Assembly: GCF_006345805.1 (NCBI RefSeq)
Contig: NC_043013.1
Span: forward strand, 5,518,001 to 5,582,000
Direction of reading: 5' to 3'
From: Octopus sinensis
Taxonomy: Eukaryota
Length of the DNA stretch: 64,000 bases
Position numbers and translations under genes: made by a program
Notes under the pieces: model-generated
Database searches by the model: none
What the model was told of the DNA's origin: nothing
What the model saw: the letters and a program-made list of their open reading frames with translations, nothing else
Part shown: positions 51,701 to 64,000 of the stretch, piece after piece
Layout: every line of letters starts with the position of its first letter
Position numbering within the stretch: the first letter of the stretch is position 1

Positions 51701-53804
51701 CCACAACAATATTTCAAATATTGTAATTTCAAAGAGGTAGTAAGTCAATTACATCAACTCCAGTACAGGGATTGTTTTAATGTTCGACAATACATTCTTC
51801 TGTTAAATGTTTGAGAGGTTTATTCAGTTGCCACTTCATGCAGGCCAAGAAGCATTTTTCATTCATTAGGTCAACCAACGACCACTGCAGCATCGACAAG
51901 ACACCATGAAATCACTGGTGGCAATATCCTTCTGTCTTAATAAAAGACAGGATGGTCATGTCTAGAATATCTTTGATCTCAGATCTGCTTTGTCAGAGCT
52001 GGTATGATCTGAGCAACAACAACAACACTTGAAATTGCAAAATGTGATGCAGTCCTTGACCTCAGTATTGTTGTATGACATGTCTCATATGTTGGTTCTA
52101 TGAGTCACTGTGGTGTGTGTGTGCCGGATTGCACACACTGCACCCAAAATTACTACATGACAACCACACACACACACACACACACACTGCATGTGTTTGT
52201 ACTGAAAGAAGTCATTATGGATTATTCACAACAGTCGCTCTGACTCAATCAGACATCAGATGATCAAAGACTGAGGCAGTATTTTAGACTCTTCACTATC
52301 TTATGATTAAAAGAGACACGGGAAACAAATGTGTGTGTGCATGTGTATGTTATAAGTGTGTGTGTGTGTGTGGGTTTGTGTGTATATCTATCTCTATCCA
52401 TACACACACACATATATACAGAGAGAGAGGGAGGTAGCTAGCATGTCTCTAGGAGAAGGTCCACTGATATAAAACCAGATATTCAGATATGCAGGGAATG
52501 GCACTGGACATTTTGGGGATCTTTTGCTTACACTTGAAATCATGGCGCTCTCACATCCCTGAACCTGTGATCCATATTGGCACTAGATATCTTGACTTGT
52601 CTCTGAACCATGTCAACAGAGTAGAGATGGTCTCAGATGTGTTGTGCAAGCTGGAGGTTTCTGCCAGGTTCTGTGTCTGCTTTGGCATGGTTTCTACAGC
52701 TGGATGCCCTTCCTAATGCCAACCACTTAACATGATGTGCTGGGTGCTTTGTACATGGCACTAGCACAGTGAGGTCGCCAAGTATCCACAAGATATGACC
52801 CCTCAACTGAGTGGGAGAAAAAAACTGTGATAGAGGGAGAGGAGCAGGTATTTTGCTGAAGAGGTGAATACATGGCTTGCCCACCTGGGAAGTGAGGGAG
52901 AGAAAGAGAGAGTAAAAAAGAAGAGATGAAGAGCTGTGAGGTCCAGGTACAATGTGAATATATAAGACAGAATAGGATGGGAATTCTCTTTAAATATCTA
53001 TTTCGAATTTGGCACAATTTTATTATTTTATTGATCCTGAAAGAATGAAAAGCGAAGTTGACCTTGGCAGAACTCAGAACCTAAAGATGGATGAAATGCA
53101 GTGCAGGATTAACCCACTAAGCAAAATAAGTACGTGCTTAGGGCATCAGGGGACAGGGGCACCACAGAAATGAAAATGGTCTATGGCACAAAAGAAATCA
53201 CTTTAAACTTGCTAAAATAATATTTGCAATGCCTTACCTCTACTAAGTATAGAAGCAGAAGTTTTATGTAAAATTAATTTTAATATCATCAAAAACTTTG
53301 CAATATAAAAAAAATAATGAAGAAAACTTTTCAAATATAAATAAAGTGGAAGCATACAAAAACAAACATTATCCTCCATACTGTGGATTCTGTTTCATTT
53401 TGAAAAATAAAAAATTTATTTTATGGTTTATTATCATTTACATTTTGAATTATTTTTGTTTACATTTTGAAGCATTTACATATACTTGAGGGCCCCAAAA
53501 ACCTTTTAAGTGCTTAGGGCCTTTATGCATCTTAATCCAGCCCTGATGAAATGTTATTGAACATTTTATCCAGCTTGCTGCTTTATAATCACTATAAATA
53601 TTGATCTCGAATTTTGCCATGAGGCCATTAATTTTGCGGGAAGGAGGTAACCCAATTGCGCCAACCCCAGTGTTAAGCTTATTTTATCGGTCCCAAAAAG
53701 CCAAGTTGACTTTGGTGAAATTTGAACTGAGAACTTAAAGGTGGACAAAATGTCATTTAGCATCTTGTGCAACACGCTAAAGATCTGCCAGGTCACTGCC
53801 TTAA

Positions 53805-54275
53805 CATCATCATCATCATCGTTATTTAACGTCCGTTGTCCATGCTGGCATGGGTTGGATGGTTTGACTGGGTTGGCATGCTGGAAGGCTGTGCCAGGAT
53901 CCAGTCTTATTTGGCATGGTTTTCTACACTAACCACTCTGAGAGTGTAATGGGTGCTTTTATGCGCCACCGTCATGGGTGCCATTTGCATGACACTGGTA
54001 TCTGCCACAACGGCAATTTTGCTTGGTTTGATGGGTTTTCTTCTCAAGCACAATATAATGCCAAAGGTCTTGGTTGTTGCCTCTGTGTGGCCCAACACTC
54101 GAAAAAAGCTTGACCCATTTGCCTCCATGAGGCCCAATGCTCGAAAGGAACTCAGTCACCTCATCTCCATGAGGTCCTTTCAAAAGGAACTCAGCCACCT
54201 CAACTCTGTGAGGCCCATTCAAAAGAAACTCAGCCACTTTGCCTCTGTGAAGCTCAACACTCAAAAGACCCAATA
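53805..54275 (-). mobile_element. RTE-tail element with internal ~40 bp tandem units
   Basis: (CAT)n...TTTAACGTCCGTTGTCCATGCTGGCATGGGTTGG, and about 5 units of GCCTCYRTGAGGCCC...AAAGGAACTCAGCCAC at 54080-54270. Confidence 0.75.
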
Positions 54276-56181
54276 AATATTGATTTCAAATTTTGGCACA
54301 AGGCCAGCAATTTCGAGGGAGAGGGTAAGTCAATTACATTGACTCCAATGTTCAACTGATTCCTATTTTGTCGACCCCCCCCCCCAAAAAAAAATGAAAG
54401 GTAAAGCTGAGCTTGGAATTTGAATCCAGTTCATAAAGATGGATGCAATGTCACTGAATATTTTGTTCAACATGCTACTAATTCTACCAGCTCTACCAAT
54501 CAGGATCTCTATAAATATTGAAACTAAATACACACGCAAACAAAAGACAATAAACTCTGAACAATGTTTACAATATGCGTCTCTAAAACAATCCACCATA
54601 TGTTTTTCTCTCTTTGTTTATGCTCCAGGTTTCCTATTTCCTCTTGTACCTGATGAAAATAGCTGGTGTATTTTTACCACCTCTGATCACATTCTGACTA
54701 CGTTCATTCTTTAATACCTAGGTGACCCTTCAACTGAAATAATTGATCTTGAAATAGTCCTGTAATTAGGGGCTTTTATAATATACCCTTGACCAGAAAT
54801 AGTTGCACTAACATTTTTTTATAATCTATTAATATTATGGAATTATATATATGTGTGTGTGTATGTATGCATGTGTATATATGTGTCCATGTATTGTATA
54901 TATGGGTGTGTATATGTATATATTTGTGTGTATCTATATGTACATATATGTGTATAGATGATGAGTTGATGGGTGCAGGTATCAGGATACTAAAATAGCA
55001 TCGTGTGTGTGTTGATAAGAGTGAGTATATATTAGTGTATGTTTGTACTTTCTCATCTTGCCATCACATGATGGTTGTAAATAATGATGATGATGATCAT
55101 CATCATATAAGTAATGTTATTTATGTCTTGTGAGGGGGGAAATATTACCTTAATTGGAAACAAGTGAAGGTTGGTGACAGGAAGGGCACCCAGCTGTAGA
55201 AAATCTGCCTCAGTGAATTCCATCTGACCCATGCAAGCATGGAAAAACGGACATTAAAGCAATGATGATTTATATAGATTCCACCAAAATTATAATAGCA
55301 TTTAACTGTCTTGTGCAAGGGTTCTCAAGTGGTTTCTTTTGGCATACCCCTTCATCATGTCTGGACAATGTTGGCATACCCCATGTGAAGAATATAGGGT
55401 AAAATGATTAGATACCTTACAACAGGCAATACATACGTGTTATTAATTTAATTTTCAGTTCAAATTTCGCTGTGCTCAACTTTGCCTTTTGTTCTTCAGG
55501 GGTCAATAAAATAAAAATACCAGTCAAATATTTATTTGGATGGTATCAATGTGCACCTCCCTCTCAAAATTATTGGCCTTGTATCTCAATCAGAAATTGT
55601 TTTAATTTGAATTTGAGTTCAAATCCTGCCGTGGTCAACTTTGCCTTTCATCCTTCTAGGGTCAATAGAATACCTGTCAAGTACTGGAACTGATAAAATT
55701 CACTGTTTCCTTTGGTCTTGCATATTTTCTCTTTTCTTTTCTTTCTTTCATTTTTTTTTTACTTGTTTCAGTTATTAGACTGTGGCCATTTTGGGGCAGC
55801 ACCGTGAAGATTTTTTTAAAAAAGCCTGGCACTTATTCTATCGATTTCTTTCGCAAAACTGCTAAGTCATGGTGACATAAACACACCAACGCTAGTTGTG
55901 GTTGTCAAGCAGTGTAATGGGATACACACACACATGCTTGGCTGATTCATGCTATCTTGATTGGCATTTGTCAGATGATGTCAGTGATCAAAGCAGAGAT
56001 AAATAACATTCACTTCATTACTTTTACATCGAGATAAGAACTTTGGGACAGATTGGCCAACTGTTGGAATTTAACTTGAGACTGGAACAATAGAATGATT
56101 GCATTACAGAATTAATTCTCATCGGCCCTTAAGCTCTGATCAAACACCACCAGGGTGTATCAGTCATTATAAACATATTAT

Positions 56182-56495
56182 GTTGTTGTTGTTGTTTCTT
56201 CCTTCTCGAGCCATGCCTGGCTCATAGGGCCGGTTTCCTGGTTTCCTTGGCATATAGGTTCTCCACCTGGATGGGACACCGGTCCATCACAGGTGAGCTG
56301 CAAGATGCAGAAGGAAAGAGTGAGAGAAAGTTGTGGCGAAAGAGTCAGCAGAAGTTTTGCCGTTACCTTCTGTTGGAGCTGCCTGGAGCTTAGGTGTTTC
56401 GCTCATAAACGCACACATCGCCCGGTCTGAGATTCAAACCTGCGATCCCTCGACCACGAGTCCACTGCTCCAGCCACTAGGCCATGTGCCTCCAC
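56182..56495 (-). mobile_element. tRNA-derived SINE with (AAC)n tail and 13 bp TSD
   Basis: Head GTGGAGGCACATGGCCTAGTGG...GGTTTGAATC. TSD ATAAACATATTAT at 56169-56181 and 56496-56508. Confidence 0.85.
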
Positions 56496-56917
56496 ATAAA
56501 CATATTATAGTCATGCAATTTACCTCTCTTTAGAAGTTCTAGTGTTTTTACAAACATTGTATAACCCTACACTTTCTCTTGTGTAGCCTAGGGATGCAAG
56601 CATCCTAGTTTAAAAACCCCGGAGTTAATGTAAGACTGATAGTTAAATAAATACTATTTAAAAATTTACTGGGTTGGGTTTACTTTGATGATCTTAAATG
56701 GTGAAGAACATGATTCAGTTAAGTAATTGTGACACATTCAAAGATTGTTGGCAATCCACATGTTAGAAACCTCGACTCTACTAACGTATAAAGGTCACAA
56801 TGGCTAATGTAGTCTAGGGTACACTATGCCTTGAAGAAGCAAGGTGACCATCTTGAAAAGCAAGGATATATATTTGATATGATAGTTGTAACAATTGCAG
56901 GGTGGTCATCACTAGAA

Positions 56918-57275
56918 TGCCTTTGGTCAGTTGTCATCTCAGTCAGCATTGACAACTGGTCAAAAGTCAACTTGATCAGGGTTGGCCTTTGGACATAGAT
57001 CAGCTTGATTAGAGCTGACTTTCAGAAATAAGCCTGGACAGTCATGGTTGACCTTTGGTCTCGTCAACCCATTGAAGACTGACCTCTGGTCATAGGTCAA
57101 CTTTGGCGATGGGGCTACTTAATCAAAACTGACCTTTGGTCATAAGTCAACTCAATCAGGACTGACCTTTAGGCCAAAGACTAACTTTATCAGGGTTGAC
57201 CTTTGGTCAAAGGTCAGCCTAATCAAAATTGACCTTTGGTCAGAGGTCATATCAAACAGGACTGACCTTTGGGCA
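56918..57275. repeat. 33 bp degenerate minisatellite, about 11 units, each a hairpin
   Basis: TGACCTTTGG starts at 57130, 57163, 57197, 57230 and 57263. Unit core TGACCTTT-GGTC-AAAGGTCA is perfect at 57197-57216. Confidence 0.85.
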
Positions 57276-57544
57276 ACAATTTTCTTGATGCAGGAAGCTT
57301 TTCCAAATCTGCGCCATCTTGACTCATTTGCATAAATGTATTAATCTAGGACAGACCAATTAAGAAAGAAAAAACCCTAGTGTTTTAATGAAATAATTAA
57401 GTATAGCTTGGACAGATTATCCCCCAATGTTTCTTTATATCATGTCACATGTTGAAGCTGGTTGTTATCCCATTGTCATGTGATAGAGGACAATAACACC
57501 CCCTCCCAAGCCCCCTGACTTTGCTCTGTAATGTTCTTATAGCC

Positions 57545-57781
57545 AGTGTGTGTGTGTGTGTCTATGTGTACGTCTGCATATGTGTATATTCATATTTGAG
57601 TGTGTGTGTATTTGTCTATTTTTATGTGTGTGGAAATGTATATGTATCTGTGTATGTATGTATGTATGTATATATGTCTGTATATATATATGTATGTATG
57701 TATGTATATATATATATTATATGTATGTATGTATATATATATATATGTATGTATGTATATATATATATATATGTATGTATG

Positions 57782-57812
<31 letters not shown>

Positions 57813-57851
57813 GTATGTATATATATATATATATGTATGTATGTATATATA

Positions 57852-57884
<33 letters not shown>

Positions 57885-58096
57885 ATATATATATGTATGT
57901 ATGTATGTATATATATATGTATGTATGTATGTATATATATATATGTATGTATGTATGTATATATATATATGTATGTATGTATGTATGTATATATATATAT
58001 GTATGTATGTATGTATATATATATATGTATGTATGTATGTATTATATATATATATGTATGTATGTATGTATATATATATGTATGTATGTATGTATA

Positions 58097-58129
<33 letters not shown>

Positions 58130-58282
58130 ATATATATATGTATGTATGTATGTATGTATATGTATATATGTATGTATATGTATATATGTATGTATATGTA
58201 TATATGTATGTATATATGTGTATGTATATATGTATGTATATATGTATGTATGTATATATGTATGTATGTATATATGTATGTA

Positions 58283-58318
<36 letters not shown>

Positions 58319-58396
58319 TGTATATATGTATGTATGTATGTATGTATATATGTATGTATATATGTATGTATATATGTATGTATGTATATATGTATG

Positions 58397-58430
<34 letters not shown>

Positions 58431-58432
58431 TG

Positions 58433-58463
<31 letters not shown>

Positions 58464-58640
58464 ATATGTATGTATATATGTATGTATGTATATATGTATG
58501 TATATATGTATGTATATATGTATGTATATATATATATGTATATATATGCATGTATATATGTGTGTGTGTATATATATGTATGTGTGTATCTATGTCTGTA
58601 TGTATCTGTGTGTACGTGTCTCTTCATTTGTGTCTGTTTA
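57545..58640. repeat. ~1.1 kb (TATG/TA)n microsatellite
   Basis: Visible directly; source of the 370-400 aa Y/I/C/V/M ORFs. Confidence 0.95.
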
Positions 58641-58961
58641 TGTGAGTGTTTGTGTGTATATGTTAAGATGTGTGACTTGATCAGCCATTGTGTGAGTGTG
58701 AGTAAATAACCTAGTTTGTGTGCCGTGTTATTATATAAGGGGCCACTAAGTATTGTGTGTGTGTGTGTGTACATGTATATATGTGTCTGTACACGCATGT
58801 CTGTGTGTGTGTGTGATTATTTACTGGAAGAAGTTTGTCAAGTGGAATAATTTTATTTTATTTATTTTTTCACTGAGAGTGTTTTGGACAGGAACCAGAA
58901 CAGAGAAGTCTTGGGTTTCATTCTTGCGTCGTGTGATAGCATTGACAGTTGTGAGTGTGTT

Positions 58962-58974
<13 letters not shown>

Positions 58975-58993
<19 letters not shown>

Positions 58994-59380
58994 TTGAGGG
59001 GAGGAGAAAGAAGGAGAGGAAGAATTAGAGGGAAAGGAGAGAGGGGAAGAATGAGAAGGAGAGAGCAAGAAAGGAAGAATGATGGGGAATGAGAGAGAGG
59101 GAAAGAATGAGGGGAAGGAGTGAGAAAAGGAATGAGGGAAAGGAGTGAGAGAGGAAGAATGAGGGGAAGGAGTGAGAGAGAGAAAGGAAGAGTGAGGAGA
59201 AAGAGAGGAAGAATGAGGAGAGAGAGAGAAAGAGGAGAAAGCAAGGAAGAATGAGGGGGAAGGAGAGAGCGACAGAATGGGGGGAAGGAGAGAGAGGAAG
59301 AATGAGGGGAAGGAGTGAGAGAGGAAGAATGAGAAGAGAGAGAGGAAGAATGAGGGGGAAGGAGAGCGAGAGAGAAAACA
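58975..59380. repeat. Purine-rich ~26 bp minisatellite
   Basis: Recurring GGAAGAATGAGGGGAAGGAGTGAGAGA. Confidence 0.88.
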
Positions 59381-60044
59381 TGTGCTTGTATATGTGATTG
59401 ATTGCCAGTCACCATGTATAGTATATCTGTGTTAGTGAGAGAGAGAGAGAGAGAGAGCATACCATTATATGCTGGTATATGGGAATTGTCAATCATTTAC
59501 TCTGTGTGTGTGTAACAGAAAAAAAAGTAAACATATACTTAAAATACAAATAGACATCAACAAATAATACACATACATTCATTCAACTCATTCAAGCAAA
59601 GTAAAGCTTAGGTATCACCATCATCGTTGTCAGGCTCATCATCAACAATGATCCATCGTTGTTGTTGTTGTTTGCTGCCAAGATCAGCTCTGATCCAGCA
59701 GACATTTTAATCAAAAGATTCTCAAGTGATGGCCTTTTCGTTTTTGCCACCGCATCTCCCAAAGACATAGTACATGAAGACACACACAAGTGCAACCCCC
59801 ATCTATATTTCTAAGAAGAAATTTTCCCGAGTTCATTCGTACTGACTTATTAGTCTTCCAGCATTGGAAGGATTACTACATGCTCAATGTGTGCTGTTTG
59901 TGTTGTTGCTTGTATCTACATTCAACCGTCATCCAACAGACTTTAGTTGAAGTTATTCCATATACAACCATTCCATATACAACCATTTCATTTACTCGTT
60001 CATAGTTTATCTCAGACTATCATTATCTGACATGTTTGGCACCA

Positions 60045-60310
60045 CTGAAAAATCACCCATGCTGGTGCCATGTAAAAGAGCACTTGTGCCAGTGCTACAT
60101 ATAAAGTACCCATGCTGGCGCCACATAAAAAGCACCCAGTACACTCTGCAAAGTGGTTGGCATTAAGAAGGGCATCCAGTCAAAGAAACCCTGCCAAAAC
60201 TGACAAATAAAGCCGGGTACAGCCTGTCGGGCTTGCCAGTTCTTCTCAAACCATCCAACCCATGCCAGCATGGTAAACAGACACTAAATGATGATGATGA
60301 TGATGATTTG
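60045..60310 (+). mobile_element. RTE-tail element
   Basis: Ends CCATCCAACCCATGCCAGCATGGTAAACAGACACTAAAT(GAT)n. Confidence 0.75.
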
Positions 60311-60964
60311 AGAAAGATAAAGAGTTAGCTGTTATTTCTTATTGTAGTTCAAGAGACCACATAGAGGGTCTGAATAGAAGCCCCTACTGGATTAGGTAAT
60401 ATAAGCATTATGAAGACATACAGATAATAAACCTCTGTACGAAATTAGCTTCTGTTTAATTAATCAGCAAGAGTGGCGGAGAAGTACAAAACAAAGGGTG
60501 AGGACATTTGTAGAACTCCATTCACTGAAAGAGAGCACTGAGCTACCAAAGGTATGAGAACCACAAACATAAAGGCTCCCTCATTAGAACTTGCCTATTT
60601 CAGATAAGCTATTCATAGAAACAATGCAATGGCAATAATGAGATTTGAAATTATTCTGTTGTCAGTTATCCAATCATTAACTAGAAATACATAGATATAC
60701 TTTCAATCCATATCGTGCATTAATCCTTTGGCATCCAGATTAATCTGTCAAAGTAATGCTTATTTAGTTACATTGCTTTCGATTAATGATGCATTTTCTG
60801 GTAGCTTCAAGATTTCAGTGGTGTCTTTGTATATTTTTAGAATGACATTGTAGGGTAGGTGTGAGAGGTTGGATCTGGTCCATTTCAACATAAAACAGGT
60901 AGAATATTTGGGCCAGATGTTGCTGAATTAAATGCTAAAGTGTTAATGTATAACATCATAACAT

Positions 60965-61500
60965 ATCATCATCATCATCATTTAATGCCCGTTGTCCATG
61001 CTGGCATTGGTTGGATGGTTTGACTGGCAGAAACGTTAGCGCGCCGGGTGAAATGCTTAGCAGTATTTCATCTGCCGTTACGTTCTGAGTTCAAATTCTG
61101 CCAAGGTCGACTTTGCCTTTCATCCTTTCGGGGTCGATTAAATAAGTACCAGTTACGTACTGGGGCCGATATAATTGACTTAATCTGTTTGTCTATCCTT
61201 GTTTGTCCCCTCTGTGTTTAGCCCCTTGTGGGTAGTAAAGAAATAGGTTTGACTGGGTTGATAAGCTGAGGGGCTACACCAGACTTGAGTTTGGTTTGGC
61301 CTGGGTTCTACGGCTGGATGCCCTTCCTAACACCAACACTCTGAGAGTGCAACGGGTGCTTTTATGTGCCACCAGCCTGAGTACCAGTTGCGTGGCACCA
61401 GTATCTTCCACAACTACAGTTTCACTTGGCTTCATGGATCTTCCTCTCAAGCATGGCATATCCATGGTATTTAAACAGCTCAATTAGCACCACATCGTTA
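60965..61500 (-). mobile_element. RTE-tail element interrupted by a SINE-B copy
   Basis: (CAT)n tail at 60965. The sequence resumes after the TSD at 61246-61256. Confidence 0.75.
61028..61245 (+). mobile_element. SINE family B nested in an RTE-tail element
   Basis: TSD GGTTTGACTGG at 61017-61027 and 61246-61256. Confidence 0.9.
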
Positions 61501-62094
61501 AACTCCAATACATAATTACAAAATGGTAAATCCTTTTGGAATGTAGTTGCTGGATCTAATTAACCCCGCTGATAGAACCAAAATATCAAAACATGTGGCC
61601 TTGTTCCTGCCTTGTCCTAACTCTTTAGAAACATCACCATCAGTGACATCTATTTATGCAAATGCACAATTGCACACTGGTGCTGTATTCTTGTCTTTTC
61701 AGTTTTCTGATGCATTTAATCCCCCAACTTAACTACAACACAAATACAGAGTTGTTTGGGTCTTTCTGTTTTTTGACTTTATTCTTTGTGAATAAATGGG
61801 GTTAAAAAATGGTAAGTGAATTGCATGTTGCTTTCTATTGTGGTCAGAGTACAACACCCTCTGACGAGAATAGCCGGGACCACTACATATAAATGATAGC
61901 GGTCTGGTGTAGTCGGCAGTTTGTAGTTTGGTCTTTGAAGTTCAGGTACAGTTTATAGTTAGAGACAGGGTGTTGGAAAAAACAGAAATATGCTTCCACA
62001 CATGACCAGAAAGAAGTGGGAAAGAGAATGGGAGAACATTACAACGTCTGCCAGCATTGAATCAGCCGTTACCAAATAGACAGCACTGAAACTA

Positions 62095-62350
62095 TCATCA
62101 TCATCATTTAACATTTGCTTTCGATGCTGGCATGAGTTGGACGGTTTGACAGGGGCTGGCTAGGCAGAATGCACCAGGCTTCCCTATCTGTTTTGGCAAT
62201 ATTTTTATGGTCGGATGCACTTCCTAACACCAACCACTCTGCAGAGTGGATGGAGTGCTTTTTACGTGGCACCAGCAGAGGTGAGGTCAGTTTTGGCATG
62301 TTTTTAATTTTAGAGTTGGATGCCCTTCCAAATGCCAACCACATGGCACC
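62095..62350 (-). mobile_element. RTE-tail element
   Basis: (CAT)n TTAACATTTGCTTTCGATGCTGGCATGAGTTGGACGG. Confidence 0.7.
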
Positions 62351-62899
62351 AGCACTGATAGGGTCTCTGAGTAACTTCCAAGACAAAGATCCTCTGTTGG
62401 ATAACATGCTCTTGGGGTCAGTGTGCCTGAGTAAAACACAGGCCTGGTTGGTGCTAGAGATATCTTTGACCATAGGTTTCTTTTTAATCAAGGCTAACCT
62501 AGGGCTAAATAACAAGAATAGCAGCAATAGCTTGTTTTTATTTATTTTTTTTATGAATATTCACTGCACTTGCAGAGTCCCTTGCCCCTAACCATTCTCC
62601 TATCCAAGGCAATTTACATTCTGGATGGTCATGGTCATGGTGGTGGTGACAGGGAGAGGAGGAGGACTGAAAAATAAACAGATGACAGCGATGCTCCAGC
62701 ATGGCTGTAGCTCTGGAGCTGATACTAGTTAAAGAGTTACAGAGATGAGATGTTTTTAGCGGTTACCCTCTCCAGTTGTTAACACTCCCTTATCACTCCC
62801 TTCTGCTAGGGGACTAAACTGATTTACCTCCTCCCCACCATCCCCACCTACTACCTGTCATTTGTTTTACATTAAATCAATTCTTATCTAAGATGACAA

Positions 62900-63230
62900 A
62901 TGACAACTTTCTCTTTGATATTTTCACCTCCAACCTTCATCCACTACAAACAACACTACCACTACCACAACTACAAACACCACCAACATCACTACTACCA
63001 CAAACACTACCGCTGTCATTATCACAATGGCTACCACTACCACGAACACCAACACCACAACCACTGCCATTATCACAACTGTAAACACTACCAATACCAC
63101 CACCACCACCACAACAACCACCAACGCCTCCACCACCACAAATACCACCACAAACACCACTGCTATTGTAATCACAGTCCACCACCACAAACACCACCAC
63201 CACCACTACCATCACCACTTGACTTTTTAC
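62900..63230. repeat. (ACC/AAC)n trinucleotide array
   Basis: Visible directly. Confidence 0.88.
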
Positions 63231-63708
63231 TGATAAAATATCTTTATCCTGACCTAGTTAACCCCTAACATTAGCTTTGCATCCTGGGGGGTGGTTTTAT
63301 GAGGGATGGAATTCATACTGTGAGATATATTTTCAATGGTTTTTATTCATAAGAATTATTCCAGAAAATGTTATCTCTTCTTTTTTATTAGTTCTTTTTT
63401 CATTTTTTTTTTTTGTCTTTTTCTACTTGTCTTTACTAATGCTACTTAAAGACTTTTCCACCCACCTCACAGATTAAAGAAGGATTCCCAGGAGCTCCAT
63501 TGAGCAAAATATCTTTTATCATTCTTTAATTTCTCTCAAACCCTAGGAACAAAAAGACCAGTTTACCTGGTTTCTTTGGCATAAAAGTAATTAAGATCAC
63601 AACATTTCCCCTGAATGGGATGCTGGTTTTGTTGAAGGGTTCAAGGCCAGTAATTTTGAGGGGAAGGGACAAGTCATTATCATCATCATCATCATCACCA
63701 TTATTTAA

Positions 63709-63929
63709 CCCTTTCATTACTAACCTGGCTGAAACCAATTCTGGCTCTGTAGTACAAATGTCTTGTTTTCATAAGTTTTAAATTAAAATCTTCCACTAAA
63801 CTTTAGTCACAATTTATGTTCTTAACACTAGCTAAATGATAACTAAGTTATTTTACTAAATTCTTTGTTATATTTAAAGTAATTGAAAGAAATACAGAGC
63901 ATCTCAACAGAAATATGGTAACAAAAGGG
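63709..63929. mobile_element. piggyBac-type MITE (221 bp)
   Basis: TTAA|CCCTTTCATTAC...GTAACAAAAGGG|TTAA: TTAA TSD and 10/12 TIR. Confidence 0.82.
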
Positions 63930-63949
63930 TTAACAAATGATTAATTTAA

Positions 63950-64000
63950 CCCTTTCAATACCAACTCGTCTGAAACCACCTCTGGCTCTGTAGTACAAAT
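63950..64000. mobile_element. Second piggyBac-type MITE copy, running off the window
   Basis: TTAA|CCCTTTCAATAC...CTGAAACCACCTCTGGCTCTGTAGTACAAAT matches the start of the 63709 copy. Confidence 0.75.

Noticed and set aside
54629-54660. Strong-looking acceptor followed by G
   Set aside because: Reads FPISSCT then stop, with no PDK similarity.
56918-57275. CRISPR-like array
   Set aside because: Eukaryotic context, spacers related to each other, and no cas genes.
57521-58798. 370-400 aa ORFs on both strands
   Set aside because: Translations of a (TATG/TA)n microsatellite with no protein-like complexity. The same applies to ORFs at 28-379, 45467-45973 and 13819-14039.
60468-60551. 84 nt segment with AG/GT boundaries as candidate Pdk exon 3
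   Set aside because: Starts with C, has a stop in the exon 2 frame and shows no PDK similarity. Only RNA-seq could show use as a poison exon.

Overview
Eukaryotic, AT-rich, repeat-dense DNA. The tRNA-derived SINEs and (GAT)n-tailed RTE elements look like those of Octopus (inferred, not database-checked). The only host gene I can support is the 5' part of a mitochondrial pyruvate dehydrogenase kinase (Pdk) on the + strand: coding exon 1 at 8393-8540 and exon 2 at 31807-31948, with a phase-compatible 23.3 kb intron 1. I found no exon 3, so intron 2 is probably over 32 kb. The rest is microsatellite, several SINE families, a young and a decayed RTE LINE fragment, a Tc1 end, a hAT MITE, piggyBac-type MITEs and a non-autonomous Helitron. 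Almost all ORFs in the supplied track are repeat artefacts. The most interesting signal is a set of five different minimal type-I hammerhead-ribozyme-like motifs (4681-, 20187+, 35574+, 36769-, 38805-). Each has a palindromic or near-palindromic stem III, as in the dimer-cleaving hammerheads of Penelope-like elements and retrozymes. Two are sense to the Pdk pre-mRNA and tied to fold-back structures, one of them inside a ~380 bp element with 141 bp inverted arms. Also notable: a ~1.43 kb diverged palindrome in intron 1, a 33 bp hairpin minisatellite made of DR1-like nuclear-receptor sites in intron 2, and a CpG-rich to CpG-poor transition near 23 kb. All structures were found and paired by eye; nothing was computed or searched.
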